A stretch of DNA of 64,000 bases from a virus: positions 1 through 64,000 of IMG/VR virus record IMGVR_UViG_3300009008_000026; one strand, 5' to 3'. Positions within the stretch are counted from its first letter, which is position 1. Each line of letters starts with the position of its first letter. The notes under the pieces were generated by a model that was not told the origin of the DNA, made no database searches, and worked only from the letters and a program-made list of their open reading frames with translations. Shown here piece by piece: positions 29,574 through 39,122 of the stretch. The translations under genes and the position numbers were made by a program.

Positions 29574-30175
29574 ACATTATAAAAACATTCAGCCCATTAT
29601 TAAAAGAGCCTGAACTCAAAGACGGATTGCCAACAGTAATCAGAGTGAACAAGTTCACAGAGGCATCCGCGAAAGCCTTCACAGAAAACATGTCGAAGGC
29701 ACAGAACACAGGACAAACTGTAATCCCTGTGGTTATCGATAGCTACGGTGGCTCAGTGTATGCCCTCATGACAATGATTTCAGCAATCAAGCACTCGAAG
29801 ATTCCAGTAGCGACCATCGTCGAGGGCAAGGCTATGTCCTGTGGGGCAATCTTGTTCAGCTTTGGCGCTCAAGGTAAGCGGTTCATGGACCCAGATGCCA
29901 CAGTGATGATTCACGATGTCAGCAGTATGAGCTTTGGAAAGGCAGAAGAGATCAAGGCTTCCGCCGAAGAGACTGAGAGACTAAACCAGAAGATCTATCA
30001 CATGATGGCGACCAATTGTGGGCAGGATGCAGATTACTTTCTTGACATTGTGCACGAGAGGGGTCATGCCGATTGGTTCTTAGATGCGAAAGAGTCTAAG
30101 AAACACGGACTAGCCAACCACATACGAGTGCCTACTTTCAAGATCTCTACTACAGTAAAGTTTGAGTTCAAGTGA
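29570..30175 (+). CDS. clpP: ClpP protease subunit (triad intact)
   Basis: 'IDSYGGSV', Ser 'AMSCG', His 'MIHD', Asp 'DWFL'. Confidence 0.88.
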   Translation: MNIIKTFSPLLKEPELKDGLPTVIRVNKFTEASAKAFTENMSKAQNTGQTVIPVVIDSYGGSVYALMTMISAIKHSKIPVATIVEGKAMSCGAILFSFGAQGKRFMDPDATVMIHDVSSMSFGKAEEIKASAEETERLNQKIYHMMATNCGQDADYFLDIVHERGHADWFLDAKESKKHGLANHIRVPTFKISTTVKFEFK

Positions 30176-30209
30176 TGCCTTCGACTACTTATAGGCGGAG
30201 GTCCTTGAT

Positions 30210-30845
30210 GTGTCGACTATTGAGTTAAGATGGCGAAAAGTTGTCAACGAACTAAAATATTTATACAAGGAGTTAGAGCTATCAAAAGAGATAGGAAAGG
30301 AATCAGCTCAGTCGTTTCAGGAGTACTATGAGCAATTCTGCGCCTCCAACGAGATTGACCCTCACGACCTGTATGACAGGAACCAAGAAAGAGTTGACAA
30401 TTTATACACACCACCTCCGTTAGAAGAGCTAATAGAAGAGAACGAAGAACAGACACCAGAAGAAAAAGAAGAAGATGACGTTCACAAATCATTCTACAGG
30501 GTATACCGTAAGCTAGCGTTTCACCTTCACCCAGATCGTCAACCAGCTGATATAACAACAGAAGAAAAGGAAGAGATGAGCCGGATGTTCAGAGAGGCTA
30601 AGGATGCGCTAGACAATAAGCACTACTTTATCCTGCTTGACTTGGCGGAGCAGTTCGGAATCGAATCACCCACCAACTATAAAGAGCAGATTCGATGGAT
30701 GAGGAAGGAAGTAAAAGCAGTTGATCAAAAGATCGCCGATGAAAAAGGGACTTATAACTATCTTTTCGGTGAGACTGAGACTGACGAAGAGCGTGATAAG
30801 CTGATTAAGACGTTTTTAAAGCAAGTTTATGATTTTTCTTCTTGA
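30210..30845 (+). CDS. J-domain (DnaJ-like) protein
   Basis: 'YRKLAFHLHPDR...FREAKDA' HPD motif; preceded by ACTACTTAT at 30184. Confidence 0.75.
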   Translation: MSTIELRWRKVVNELKYLYKELELSKEIGKESAQSFQEYYEQFCASNEIDPHDLYDRNQERVDNLYTPPPLEELIEENEEQTPEEKEEDDVHKSFYRVYRKLAFHLHPDRQPADITTEEKEEMSRMFREAKDALDNKHYFILLDLAEQFGIESPTNYKEQIRWMRKEVKAVDQKIADEKGTYNYLFGETETDEERDKLIKTFLKQVYDFSS

Positions 30846-30870
30846 CAGCCCCTCCCCACTATGCTATATT
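30842..30870 (+). promoter_or_regulatory. Sigma70-type promoter
   Basis: TTGACA-N17-TATATT with TG. Confidence 0.65.
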
Positions 30871-30900
30871 AAAAGAGTAAGTAAACCACAGGAGGTACAA

Positions 30901-31146
30901 TTGGCAAGCTCACACACTGAAAAGCAAAGATACGTTAAGGAATACATTAGGTCGCTAGCAGCGATTGAAGAGGCTATGGAGCCATACAAGGAACAGCGCA
31001 GAGAACTGCGATCTGAGTATCGCGAAAACAGCTGGCTCGACACAGATGAGATTCGAGCAGCGGTAAAGGCTTACCGTTTGTTTAAGGGGAAGTTTAATAT
31101 TGATGAGGTCGTAGAAAACTTTGAACTACTCAGCGGGGGAGAATAA
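30901..31146 (+). CDS. GapR/DUF2312- or T4 DsbA-like dsDNA-binding protein
   Basis: 'YIRSLAAIEEAMEPYKEQRRELRSEY....LDTDEIRAAVKAYRL' coiled-coil pattern; TTG start after GGAGG. Confidence 0.5.
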   Translation: MASSHTEKQRYVKEYIRSLAAIEEAMEPYKEQRRELRSEYRENSWLDTDEIRAAVKAYRLFKGKFNIDEVVENFELLSGGE

Positions 31147-31214
31147 TAATGCAGACACTTAATGCACAACTACTATCATTTGCGCCGATGGAGCGCTAGG
31201 GAGCACCGACTAAC

Positions 31215-32624
31215 ATGGCAGCTAGACAACAACACGGATTTGACAACGAGAAAAACGTCATCTCCAGTAATGATCTTGTTGACGTTGGCGAGATAGAGGG
31301 TTATACTTCAAAATGGGACGCAAGGGCTCCAAAAGCTAACATACTAGAATTAAACAAGATTGTAGAAAATGTGCCGACACAGATTAAAACAATAAGATAC
31401 GGAGGAAGTGTGGATATGGGTGATGTGTTTCGGCATGCTGAGAACACAGAAAATTTCATCCTTCAAGTAGATTTCTATACAGGACCCAAGAAGGATCTAA
31501 ATATTGTTGAGAGCCACAAGGTTTATGTTGACGCAGACAAGTGGGCTGAATTGTTTGAGTTTGAAGATTATGGTTTCTTGAAAGAATGCTTAAAAGAAAT
31601 CACAAACGAATATTCCGATGATAGTAAGTGGAAAGGAATGATGGCTGAAATGCACAATCGCTGGGGTAAAGACCGTCGCGTAATTCACTTGGCGCCCAAG
31701 AGAGATCACAAGAAGCAAAAGAGGATTCAGTGCACGATCCCTAACGTTAAATTTTATGAAAAGTTCTTGCCACTATTCAACCGAGTAGAATATGTCAAAA
31801 AATCCCTAGATCAGTTTTACACGAAGCCTGCAATCGTAGAGAGTGTGCTTAAGATGGTCGATTTATCAAAGTATGATTTGATTGTCGAACCCTCGGCAGG
31901 TGCCGGAGATTTTTTGAAGAGACTGCCGCTAGATAAAAGTATCGGACTCGACATAGAGCCAGCCACAAGTGGAATACTGAGAAAAGATTTTTTTGATTTC
32001 GCGCCCGAGAGAGTGAAAAATACACTCACAATTGGAAACCCACCATTTGGCAAAAACTCAAGCACAGCAATAAAATTTTTTAATCATGCGGCTCAGTTTT
32101 CAGATTGTATCGCATTTATTGTGCCCAGAACTTTTAGAAAACCATCGGTCATTAATCGCTTGAATGAGAATTTTCACATTGTAAAGCAAAAGATCTTGCC
32201 GAGTGATTCGTTCTATACTCCGGAGGGTGAATCCCGCGCCGTCCCAACGGTATTTCAGATTTGGGAGCGCCAAGAAGCCCCGAGGACAAAAATTAAAACC
32301 TTTACTACCCACCCGGATTTTGATTTTGTGCGTATCCAGAACAACCCAACAAGACAACAGAAGGAGCTTCAGTGTAGAAATTCAGACTTCTGTGTACGCC
32401 GGGTTGGTGGAAGCGCCGGCAAAATATATAAAGATTATGATATTATATATAGAGACTGGAAAAGCCACTATTATATCAAGCAAAAAACAGAAGGGGTTGA
32501 AAGAATTATGTCGCTCATTAGGTGGGATGACAGAGAGAGTCCCAAATTTGACACTGCTGGAAACCCAAGCATATCAAAACACGAATTAATTAAACTTTAT
32601 AAGGAAACTAAGAAAAAACTATGA
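31215..32624 (+). CDS. Fused endonuclease-like + N6-adenine methyltransferase protein
   Basis: C-terminal half 'DQFYT', 'EPSAGAGDF', 'GNPPFG'; N-terminal half 'HGFDNE...KWD...QIK' is PD-(D/E)xK-like. Confidence 0.7.
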   Translation: MAARQQHGFDNEKNVISSNDLVDVGEIEGYTSKWDARAPKANILELNKIVENVPTQIKTIRYGGSVDMGDVFRHAENTENFILQVDFYTGPKKDLNIVESHKVYVDADKWAELFEFEDYGFLKECLKEITNEYSDDSKWKGMMAEMHNRWGKDRRVIHLAPKRDHKKQKRIQCTIPNVKFYEKFLPLFNRVEYVKKSLDQFYTKPAIVESVLKMVDLSKYDLIVEPSAGAGDFLKRLPLDKSIGLDIEPATSGILRKDFFDFAPERVKNTLTIGNPPFGKNSSTAIKFFNHAAQFSDCIAFIVPRTFRKPSVINRLNENFHIVKQKILPSDSFYTPEGESRAVPTVFQIWERQEAPRTKIKTFTTHPDFDFVRIQNNPTRQQKELQCRNSDFCVRRVGGSAGKIYKDYDIIYRDWKSHYYIKQKTEGVERIMSLIRWDDRESPKFDTAGNPSISKHELIKLYKETKKKL

Positions 32625-33112
32625 ATAAAGCAACGCAAAGGACAATGTTTAGCTCTGCCACTGGCAAATGGGCGACACCCCAAGAATTTTTCGACAAACT
32701 AAATTGGAGATTTGGTCCCTTTAGTCTTGATCCGTGCGCGTCAGAAGAAAACACAAAGTGTACAAAGTTCTTCACAGAAGCAGACGACGGGCTTACCAAG
32801 GATTGGACAGGGCACACAGCCTTTGTTAATCCCCCATACGGACGCGGTATCGATCAGTGGATTCAGAAGGCTTATGAATCAGCCGAAGCTGACGAGAACA
32901 CCAAGGTCGTTATGTTGATTCCGGCACGAACCGATACCAAGTATTGGCATGATTATGTGATGAAAGCAGAGTATATCTACTTTATCAAGGGGCGCCTTAA
33001 GTTTGGCGATAGCAAGAACTGTGCGCCATTCCCATCTGCCGTGGTGGTATTCCGCAAGCACCCCACGTGGGCAGCGGGTGCATTGCCGTCGATGGGGGTA
33101 TTAACACGATGA
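32621..33112 (+). CDS. Phage N6-adenine methyltransferase
   Basis: 'WATPQEFF', 'LDPCA', 'FVNPPYG', 'LIPARTDTKYWH', 'GRLKF', 'APFPS'. Confidence 0.9.
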   Translation: MNKATQRTMFSSATGKWATPQEFFDKLNWRFGPFSLDPCASEENTKCTKFFTEADDGLTKDWTGHTAFVNPPYGRGIDQWIQKAYESAEADENTKVVMLIPARTDTKYWHDYVMKAEYIYFIKGRLKFGDSKNCAPFPSAVVVFRKHPTWAAGALPSMGVLTR

Positions 33113-33357
33113 ACCGAAAACAACGGCGCGCCGCCGAGAAGAAAGAGAAAAGTCAATCTCCAGAGGAAAAAGCGCTTGCCCAGAAATTTTTCCTTTTTGA
33201 CCAGTTGCCGGACGAATGCAACACTTGCGATACTCCGTTTGATAAGAAAAGCAAGACTCAAGCGCTCAATTGGCAGGTCGTTGTGCATACCGAGCAAGAG
33301 AAAGTTAGACTCTTTTGTCCCACGTGCATCACAAGCGCAAAGAAGGCAGAGGAATGA
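33109..33357 (+). CDS. Small Zn-binding hypothetical protein
   Basis: 'MNRKQRRA' start, CxxC ... CxxC. Confidence 0.65.
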   Translation: MNRKQRRAAEKKEKSQSPEEKALAQKFFLFDQLPDECNTCDTPFDKKSKTQALNWQVVVHTEQEKVRLFCPTCITSAKKAEE

Positions 33358-33740
33358 AATCCGACCCAAAAGCTGTCATAAGGCTCTCGACTTCCGGATT
33401 CAAACAAATCTTGGACGGAGACACCCCCGAACCAATCACGAGCATTATAAAGGTATACTCGAATGACTGCCATTTGTGTCACAACCTTAAAGAATACTAT
33501 GAGGACCTCGCAAAGACGTACAACGGCGAACAGGGCATACACTTTTTTGCCTTTAATATTAACGACTCCCCCCGCATTAAGAAAGAGCTAGGGCTCAATG
33601 GCGTACCGACAATCCTAAAAGTATTACCTAGCACCAACAGCAAGCCAACAGTTGCCTCACTTGAGGACCCAGATAACCCCAACAAGCACACATGGTTCCG
33701 TGTGGGCGATATAAGAGACTTTATAGAAAAGGAGAGATAA
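33354..33740 (+). CDS. Thioredoxin-like protein
   Basis: 'CHLC' and cis-Pro 'GVPT'. Confidence 0.75.
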   Translation: MKSDPKAVIRLSTSGFKQILDGDTPEPITSIIKVYSNDCHLCHNLKEYYEDLAKTYNGEQGIHFFAFNINDSPRIKKELGLNGVPTILKVLPSTNSKPTVASLEDPDNPNKHTWFRVGDIRDFIEKER

Positions 33741-33743
33741 GAA

Positions 33744-34115
33744 ATGATAAAGAACAAAAGAGCATACGAAGCGATAATCTTGCGATTGCAAGCAGAAGGC
33801 ACAGCAGCCCTCGCCAACATTGAGTGCCAGTTCCGATCTGTGGACCCTGATATGGACGAGATAGTTCGACTGTCGGAGACCCTCACTAAGTGCGAAAACG
33901 CAATCACCATGCTCCAAGGATATATTGGACCAAAGATAAATCCTCCTGCCATACCGGCTCGACCTGCGCCTGTAGTACAGTCGCCCCAAGCACCAACACG
34001 CACAGAACCATTGGTCGTAACACCGGAGATGTCGGCAACAATGCGGCGCAACGAAGCCAAAGAAAAAATCAAGAAGACAGCATCAAAAGCAAAAACAAAG
34101 AAGGCAAAGAAATGA
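33744..34115 (+). CDS. Hypothetical protein
   Basis: RBS AAGGAG; Pro-rich linker and Lys-rich tail. Confidence 0.65.
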   Translation: MIKNKRAYEAIILRLQAEGTAALANIECQFRSVDPDMDEIVRLSETLTKCENAITMLQGYIGPKINPPAIPARPAPVVQSPQAPTRTEPLVVTPEMSATMRRNEAKEKIKKTASKAKTKKAKK

Positions 34116-35137
34116 CAACCCTATCATATGATGACGTACTACTGCAGCCGCAGTATTCCGATATCCGCTCTCGTTCAGAGATTGATATGACTACTGACTT
34201 GGGTCGAGGGCTTGTGTTGGCAACTCCCATCTTCTCTTCCCCCATGGATACGGTCACAGAGGGGAGGATGGCTGTTGCTCTTGGAGAGTCTGGTGGGTGC
34301 GGTATCATTCACCGATACAACACCACAGCCCGTCAGCAACGCTTTGTTGAGCGCGCTAAAACTTTGTCGAGGAATACTGGCATTAATGTCGGTGCTGCGA
34401 TTGGCATTACTGGTGATTATCTGGAAAGAGCAGAAGCACTAGTCAAATCGGGCGTGGCTTTCTTATGTGTCGATGTGGCCCATGGCCATCATATTCTTAT
34501 GAAGGAGGCGCTAGCCGCGCTAAGGGAAAAATATCCCGATCTACACTTGATGGCTGGCAACGTCGCAACCTTGGAAGCGGTTAACGACCTGTCTGATTGG
34601 GGTGCCGATAGTGTGCGCTGTAACATCGGCGGCGGCTCCATCTGTACAACGAGAATTCAGACTGGACATGGCGTTCCCGGACTGCACACAGTCCTTGAGT
34701 GCGCGAAGACTGACCGCAATGTTAAGATTATTGCTGATGGTGGGATCCGAAATAGCGGTGATATTGTAAAAGCTCTAGCGGCCGGCGCAGATGCCGTTAT
34801 GTGTGGTTCTTTGTTTGCCGGCTGCACTGAAGCGCCGGGAGAGGTCTTCCGTTCTTCTAGCGGAGAGACATGGAAAACATATCGCGGAATGGCATCTAAA
34901 GAAGCGCAGTCAGATTGGAAAGGAAATTACTCCAGCCTCGAAGGGGTTGCATCCAAAGTGCCTTATCGCGGCAGTGTATCTGTGGTGCTTAACGACCTTC
35001 GACGAGGTATTCGCTCCGGCTTTTCCTATACAGGTGCCCGCAACATAGAGGAACTGCATGCAAAAGCTCAGTTCATTGAGCAAACGACATCTGGACTAAC
35101 TGAAGGTCACCCGCACATCATGGGGAGAACTTGGTAA
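34112..35137 (+). CDS. guaB: IMP dehydrogenase / GMP reductase (no CBS domains)
   Basis: 'SYDDVLL.P', 'SPMDTVT', 'DVAHGH', catalytic 'GGGSICTTR', 'ADGGI', 'YRGMAS'. Confidence 0.88.
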   Translation: MTTLSYDDVLLQPQYSDIRSRSEIDMTTDLGRGLVLATPIFSSPMDTVTEGRMAVALGESGGCGIIHRYNTTARQQRFVERAKTLSRNTGINVGAAIGITGDYLERAEALVKSGVAFLCVDVAHGHHILMKEALAALREKYPDLHLMAGNVATLEAVNDLSDWGADSVRCNIGGGSICTTRIQTGHGVPGLHTVLECAKTDRNVKIIADGGIRNSGDIVKALAAGADAVMCGSLFAGCTEAPGEVFRSSSGETWKTYRGMASKEAQSDWKGNYSSLEGVASKVPYRGSVSVVLNDLRRGIRSGFSYTGARNIEELHAKAQFIEQTTSGLTEGHPHIMGRTW

Positions 35138-35478
35138 TGAGCGATAATGATAATGACGCATCAATCGACTATGGCAAGTTAACAAAAAAGATTACCTTTG
35201 TTGATAATGATCACCGTCAAGCAAAGATGCAGGTTAAACTCCAGTCAGCTAGTCTAACTCAGAGCGCCTTCTTTCGGGGGGTAATCACTGGGTTGATTGA
35301 GGGAGACACTAGAATCGTTAGCTTTGTTGAAGATATGTCGTCAATATCAAAGGGAAGAAAATCTAAAACTCGCAAGCTGTCCGAGCAGGGAAAAACAGCC
35401 GTTGAATCTCTTGGATTAAGCGAGCAACAAATGATTGATATCTTTGATATGATAGCAGAAGAGCACCCCGAACTATAA
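35137..35478 (+). CDS. Hypothetical protein, possibly a small DNA-binding protein
   Basis: Coupled ORF; 'KITF.D.D..QA...LTQSAFFR'. Confidence 0.6.
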   Translation: MSDNDNDASIDYGKLTKKITFVDNDHRQAKMQVKLQSASLTQSAFFRGVITGLIEGDTRIVSFVEDMSSISKGRKSKTRKLSEQGKTAVESLGLSEQQMIDIFDMIAEEHPEL

Positions 35479-35512
35479 AAGTGCACTTTTTTTGACTTTA
35501 ATGGAACACATT

Positions 35513-35521
35513 ACTATTTAT
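35513..35521 (+). promoter_or_regulatory. Putative late-promoter motif ACTATTTAT
   Basis: Intergenic, upstream of 35562. Confidence 0.5.
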
Positions 35522-35561
35522 TTTTGAGTTGAACGCATATATGTTCTAAGGAGAATACTAA

Positions 35562-36263
35562 ATGGCTCGTAAAAAACTATTATCTGAGGGCGAGGTTAGG
35601 CAATTCATGAAATTGGCCAATCTTGGTGCCCTTTCTGAAAACTACTTTTCAAGCACCCTAGAGGAAGAAGAGGAAGAAGTCGTTGTTGACGAACTTCCTG
35701 TTGAAGACGAAGAAATCGTCGACGAACTTCCCGGTGAAGAAGACATGGGACTCGAAGCACCAGACGAAGGCGCCGAAGGACTTGTAATGAGTCTTCTTCA
35801 ACGCGTTCAAGACTGGGCTGAAGAGAACGGTGTTGAAATGGACCTAGACGGCAGCGAAGGAGGTGAACTTGAAGATGCCGAGCTAGAAGACGAAGTACCC
35901 CTCCCCGATGAGGAAATGATGGACGTGGAAGCAGTGGAAGAGATTCCAATGCAAGAAGACGATCTTTATGAAGGCGATCTCGCCGAAGTTGGTCAGGTGG
36001 CGTCTATAAGACAACCAGAACGCCGGAAACCCGGAGTCCCCCGCAGTCAAACAAGGGATCCTAAGTCAGCATGCGCCCCAGGCGAACGCTGGAATGCCGA
36101 GCTTAAGCAATGCGATCCAGCGGCAGCTGGCGGCGAAGAAGCCATGGTTGCAGAAGTGGTACGCAGAGTTGCTGCACGCCTTAAGGGTGCAAAGCAAACA
36201 GCCACAGTAGCAGACCAGTTAGCCGAGCGCATTTTCGACCGACTGACATCAAAGTCCAAGTAA
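35562..36263 (+). CDS. Highly acidic putative prohead core / scaffold-like protein
   Basis: Glu/Asp-rich with many L-x-E sites; 'LLSEGEVRQFMKLA' start. Confidence 0.5.
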   Translation: MARKKLLSEGEVRQFMKLANLGALSENYFSSTLEEEEEEVVVDELPVEDEEIVDELPGEEDMGLEAPDEGAEGLVMSLLQRVQDWAEENGVEMDLDGSEGGELEDAELEDEVPLPDEEMMDVEAVEEIPMQEDDLYEGDLAEVGQVASIRQPERRKPGVPRSQTRDPKSACAPGERWNAELKQCDPAAAGGEEAMVAEVVRRVAARLKGAKQTATVADQLAERIFDRLTSKSK

Positions 36264-36291
36264 AAACAAAACACTATTTACGAGCAAACTT

Positions 36292-36334
36292 ATTAGCCGC
36301 TGAGGATAGCTCCTTTAGCGGCTAATTTGGTTTT
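36292..36334 (+). terminator. Probable intrinsic terminator
   Basis: ATTAGCCGCT / AGCGGCTAAT stem followed by TTGGTTTT. Confidence 0.6.
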
Positions 36335-36348
36335 AGAAAGGGAGCCCC

Positions 36349-36753
36349 ATGAGTTGGAGTCTATTTACAATCACATTTATCTTAGGATATCTTACCTGTA
36401 AAGCTTTATACTTTTTCAGAGCGGCACGACTGAGCTTATCTGTTCTACGAGCTACTCATCTTATGTCAACTGCCATATTGGCAAAATCAATGGAAGATCT
36501 TCATTACGCAAGAATGTTCCGCATGCGCCATATGGCTGAGTCTGGCGAAACAGAGCACAATATTGATGCCTTTTCAATTCGTACGAATCAAGAGATAGGC
36601 TACTTCAAAGAAAAATCAATTAAAAACATCATAGAGTTGCACCCTCAATTCTTTAAACATATTTTAGAATTTGAGGATTGGGACGGTGCGATGAAATACT
36701 TAAATAGGAATGAGTCGATTGTGATCCATTTTCTTAAGGGGGGCGAACAATGA
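36349..36753 (+). CDS. Membrane-anchored hypothetical protein
   Basis: N-terminal TM helix; RBS GGGAG. Confidence 0.65.
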   Translation: MSWSLFTITFILGYLTCKALYFFRAARLSLSVLRATHLMSTAILAKSMEDLHYARMFRMRHMAESGETEHNIDAFSIRTNQEIGYFKEKSIKNIIELHPQFFKHILEFEDWDGAMKYLNRNESIVIHFLKGGEQ

Positions 36754-37406
36754 TTAATCGCATTAAAGAGCTAATTGGTGCCGGAAGTGAAGGAGAGCCA
36801 GAAAAAACTGAAGAGAAGCCAAAAATAATTATTATGGATCCAAGCGCCCTGAAAGAGGCAGTCGAAGCTCCAGCAGCAGAGTCTTATCTTATAGGACTCT
36901 TTGCTACCGTTGAGGAAGAAAAGGTTTCTGAGTTGGTTCATGCATTATTGGCAGTTAGTGAAGAAAACAAGCGCCAACCAGAGGAGAAAAGAACTCCCGT
37001 TGATTTTTATATCTCCACATACGGCGGCTCGGCAGACGACATGTTTGGGCTCTATGATGTGATGCGCAGCACGAGAGAGACACAGCCAATCCGCACAGTT
37101 GGATTGGGCAAGGTAATGTCCGCAGGTGTCTTGTTGTTGGCTGCTGGCACCAAGGGACAGCGCAAGATCGCCAAGAACTGCCGCGTCATGATCCACTCAG
37201 TAGTCGGGGGCAACCACGGTGCCCTTCATAACATGCTAAATGAGATGGAAGCCATCGAGGATCTGCAACACATGTTTATAAATTGTTTGGTAGCAGAGAC
37301 AAAAATGTCGAAAACACAACTTAAAAAGATGTTGGATCGCAAGGTTAATGTCTATTTATCAGCAGAAGAAGCGGTCGAACTAGGGATCGCTGATATAATT
37401 GTTTAA
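36750..37406 (+). CDS. clpP: Second ClpP-family subunit (triad Asp appears replaced by Asn)
   Basis: 'ISTYGGS', 'VMSAG', 'MIHS', 'NVYLSAEEAVELGIAD'. Confidence 0.85.
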   Translation: MINRIKELIGAGSEGEPEKTEEKPKIIIMDPSALKEAVEAPAAESYLIGLFATVEEEKVSELVHALLAVSEENKRQPEEKRTPVDFYISTYGGSADDMFGLYDVMRSTRETQPIRTVGLGKVMSAGVLLLAAGTKGQRKIAKNCRVMIHSVVGGNHGALHNMLNEMEAIEDLQHMFINCLVAETKMSKTQLKKMLDRKVNVYLSAEEAVELGIADIIV

Positions 37407-37423
37407 ATAAGAGAGTCTATATA

Positions 37424-39052
37424 ATGAGCTTACAGAAAATACTCCAAGAAGAATACGAGAAGAAACTTATTCTCACCCCAAACCACCTACTTGAGATGAT
37501 TGAGGAGATAATGGCACAAGCCCCACTCACCGCAATGGACACTCTTGTTGAAGACGCAGCCACTGGCGGCCGGTTTAGTTTCAGTATTCCGATTCCCAAG
37601 CTTGTCCCCACAGAAGCCTGGGGTGATCCCGACAGCCAATCTCGCGGCGATATTGCAAGAATTTTTGATTCTATTACACGTGAGCCGGATATCCGCGCTA
37701 GAATTCAGCATGTTAATACTTTTTTGGATCCAGAGCAAGCCCTGAGAAAGGCTCCCGGCGGCAAGATTAACGCTGTTCTCAACATGATGCAGATTATCGA
37801 AGCACTTCAGGCTTGCCTTAATGACTACAATGAATCATCAGCCGGCTTTGTTTTTGAGGGCTTTATGGCTGCATTGACTGGTGGTAAGCAGATCGCCGGC
37901 AGAGTTGGGGGCACGCTCCCCATTGAAGATTTTGTTGCATTCTCCGAAACCGGGGACACGCCGGTGCCTACTAGTTTGAAGCTGTTGAGCCCTAATACAC
38001 CTATTCACGGCAGCTTTACAAACCTCGTTGATTACTTATTTATCCGCGGCGGACGAGGAGTACCAGAAATTCGATATTTGATCGCACTCAAAGACGTAGA
38101 AGCGGAAAACGTATCCAAACTTGCCTTCTTTGATTTTGTGATAAACAGAGACAATTTTATTGAGGTAATGCTTCAATCTAACAATGGAAGTTTGTTGGGT
38201 AAATCTGCAGCCGCCCTGAAGAAACATATTGCTACTTGGACTGACCCTAAATCGGATCCGGGCCCCGAATGGCGCCTTAAGATGCGCGACTTGCTTCGTT
38301 CGGCGCCGGGGTATACTGCAAACCGAGGCATGTTTTATGTAAACTTGGATAATGCCGGCACCTTCAGTGCAGACTCTGGACCAATTGCTGATCCTGATAA
38401 GAAGCGCAAACAGTATGGACTTGCCCGGGCGCAAGGTGAGACGACTGCTTTGCACAACGCAGCGCAACAGGCGGGTGCAGCTTCTTATCGAGGTGACGGT
38501 CCTCCTTTAGAGGACTGGATTAAAAACTTAGATTTAGATATGGAAGGGTATACCAAAAATAAGCGAATGAAGACCCTGCAAGCCATAGCAGATGCCTTTC
38601 AAGATGGCGTACGGCGCGCCGAAACAGAGCCGGAAGAGGAAACGGTTAAAGAGTCTTACTACGGTTTTGGTGCCTTTCACGAAAGAGAGAAACAACTAAT
38701 GAAAGAGGAGCTTCTTCTGGAGGCTGGCAAATCATCAGGGGGCAGTCAGTGGGGAATTAGTCGCGGAAATATGAACGCGATGCGCACACTGGTTTCCACT
38801 GAATACTATGGAGAGCTAGATCTGTCTCAGGCAAATATTGATGTACTCTCTAAAATTTATACTGACAAGCTGGGTGAAGACTTAATGAGTCTCTTGGAAA
38901 TTACAAAGAACTTTTCCGAGAACATCGGTCGCTACTTTAGTACGCCGGATCGTGCAGAAGCTATTGAAGCCAACCAAACGGCTATTGCGCAAGGTGGTCA
39001 AATTATTACGGGACTAGCTTCGGACCCCGCCGGCGCCAAGGAAGAAACCTAA
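37424..39052 (+). CDS. Putative head-packaged protein with possible PD-(D/E)xK-like domain
   Basis: 'LQEE', 'LVED', 'LLEA' sites; 'AGFVFEGFMAAL...IEDF...SLK'. Confidence 0.45.
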   Translation: MSLQKILQEEYEKKLILTPNHLLEMIEEIMAQAPLTAMDTLVEDAATGGRFSFSIPIPKLVPTEAWGDPDSQSRGDIARIFDSITREPDIRARIQHVNTFLDPEQALRKAPGGKINAVLNMMQIIEALQACLNDYNESSAGFVFEGFMAALTGGKQIAGRVGGTLPIEDFVAFSETGDTPVPTSLKLLSPNTPIHGSFTNLVDYLFIRGGRGVPEIRYLIALKDVEAENVSKLAFFDFVINRDNFIEVMLQSNNGSLLGKSAAALKKHIATWTDPKSDPGPEWRLKMRDLLRSAPGYTANRGMFYVNLDNAGTFSADSGPIADPDKKRKQYGLARAQGETTALHNAAQQAGAASYRGDGPPLEDWIKNLDLDMEGYTKNKRMKTLQAIADAFQDGVRRAETEPEEETVKESYYGFGAFHEREKQLMKEELLLEAGKSSGGSQWGISRGNMNAMRTLVSTEYYGELDLSQANIDVLSKIYTDKLGEDLMSLLEITKNFSENIGRYFSTPDRAEAIEANQTAIAQGGQIITGLASDPAGAKEET

Positions 39053-39061
39053 ATAAAGTTC

Positions 39062-39090
39062 TTGACACTAAGGACTCTGCCGGTTATAAT
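39062..39090 (+). promoter_or_regulatory. Consensus sigma70 promoter for groEL
   Basis: TTGACA-N17-TATAAT. Confidence 0.75.
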
Positions 39091-39122
39091 AAATAAGAAC
39101 GTTTAACACAAAGAGGTGAGAA

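Noticed and set aside
33890-34111. N-terminal extension on the IMPDH ORF
   Set aside because: It overlaps the upstream gene in another frame; homology begins at ATG 34112
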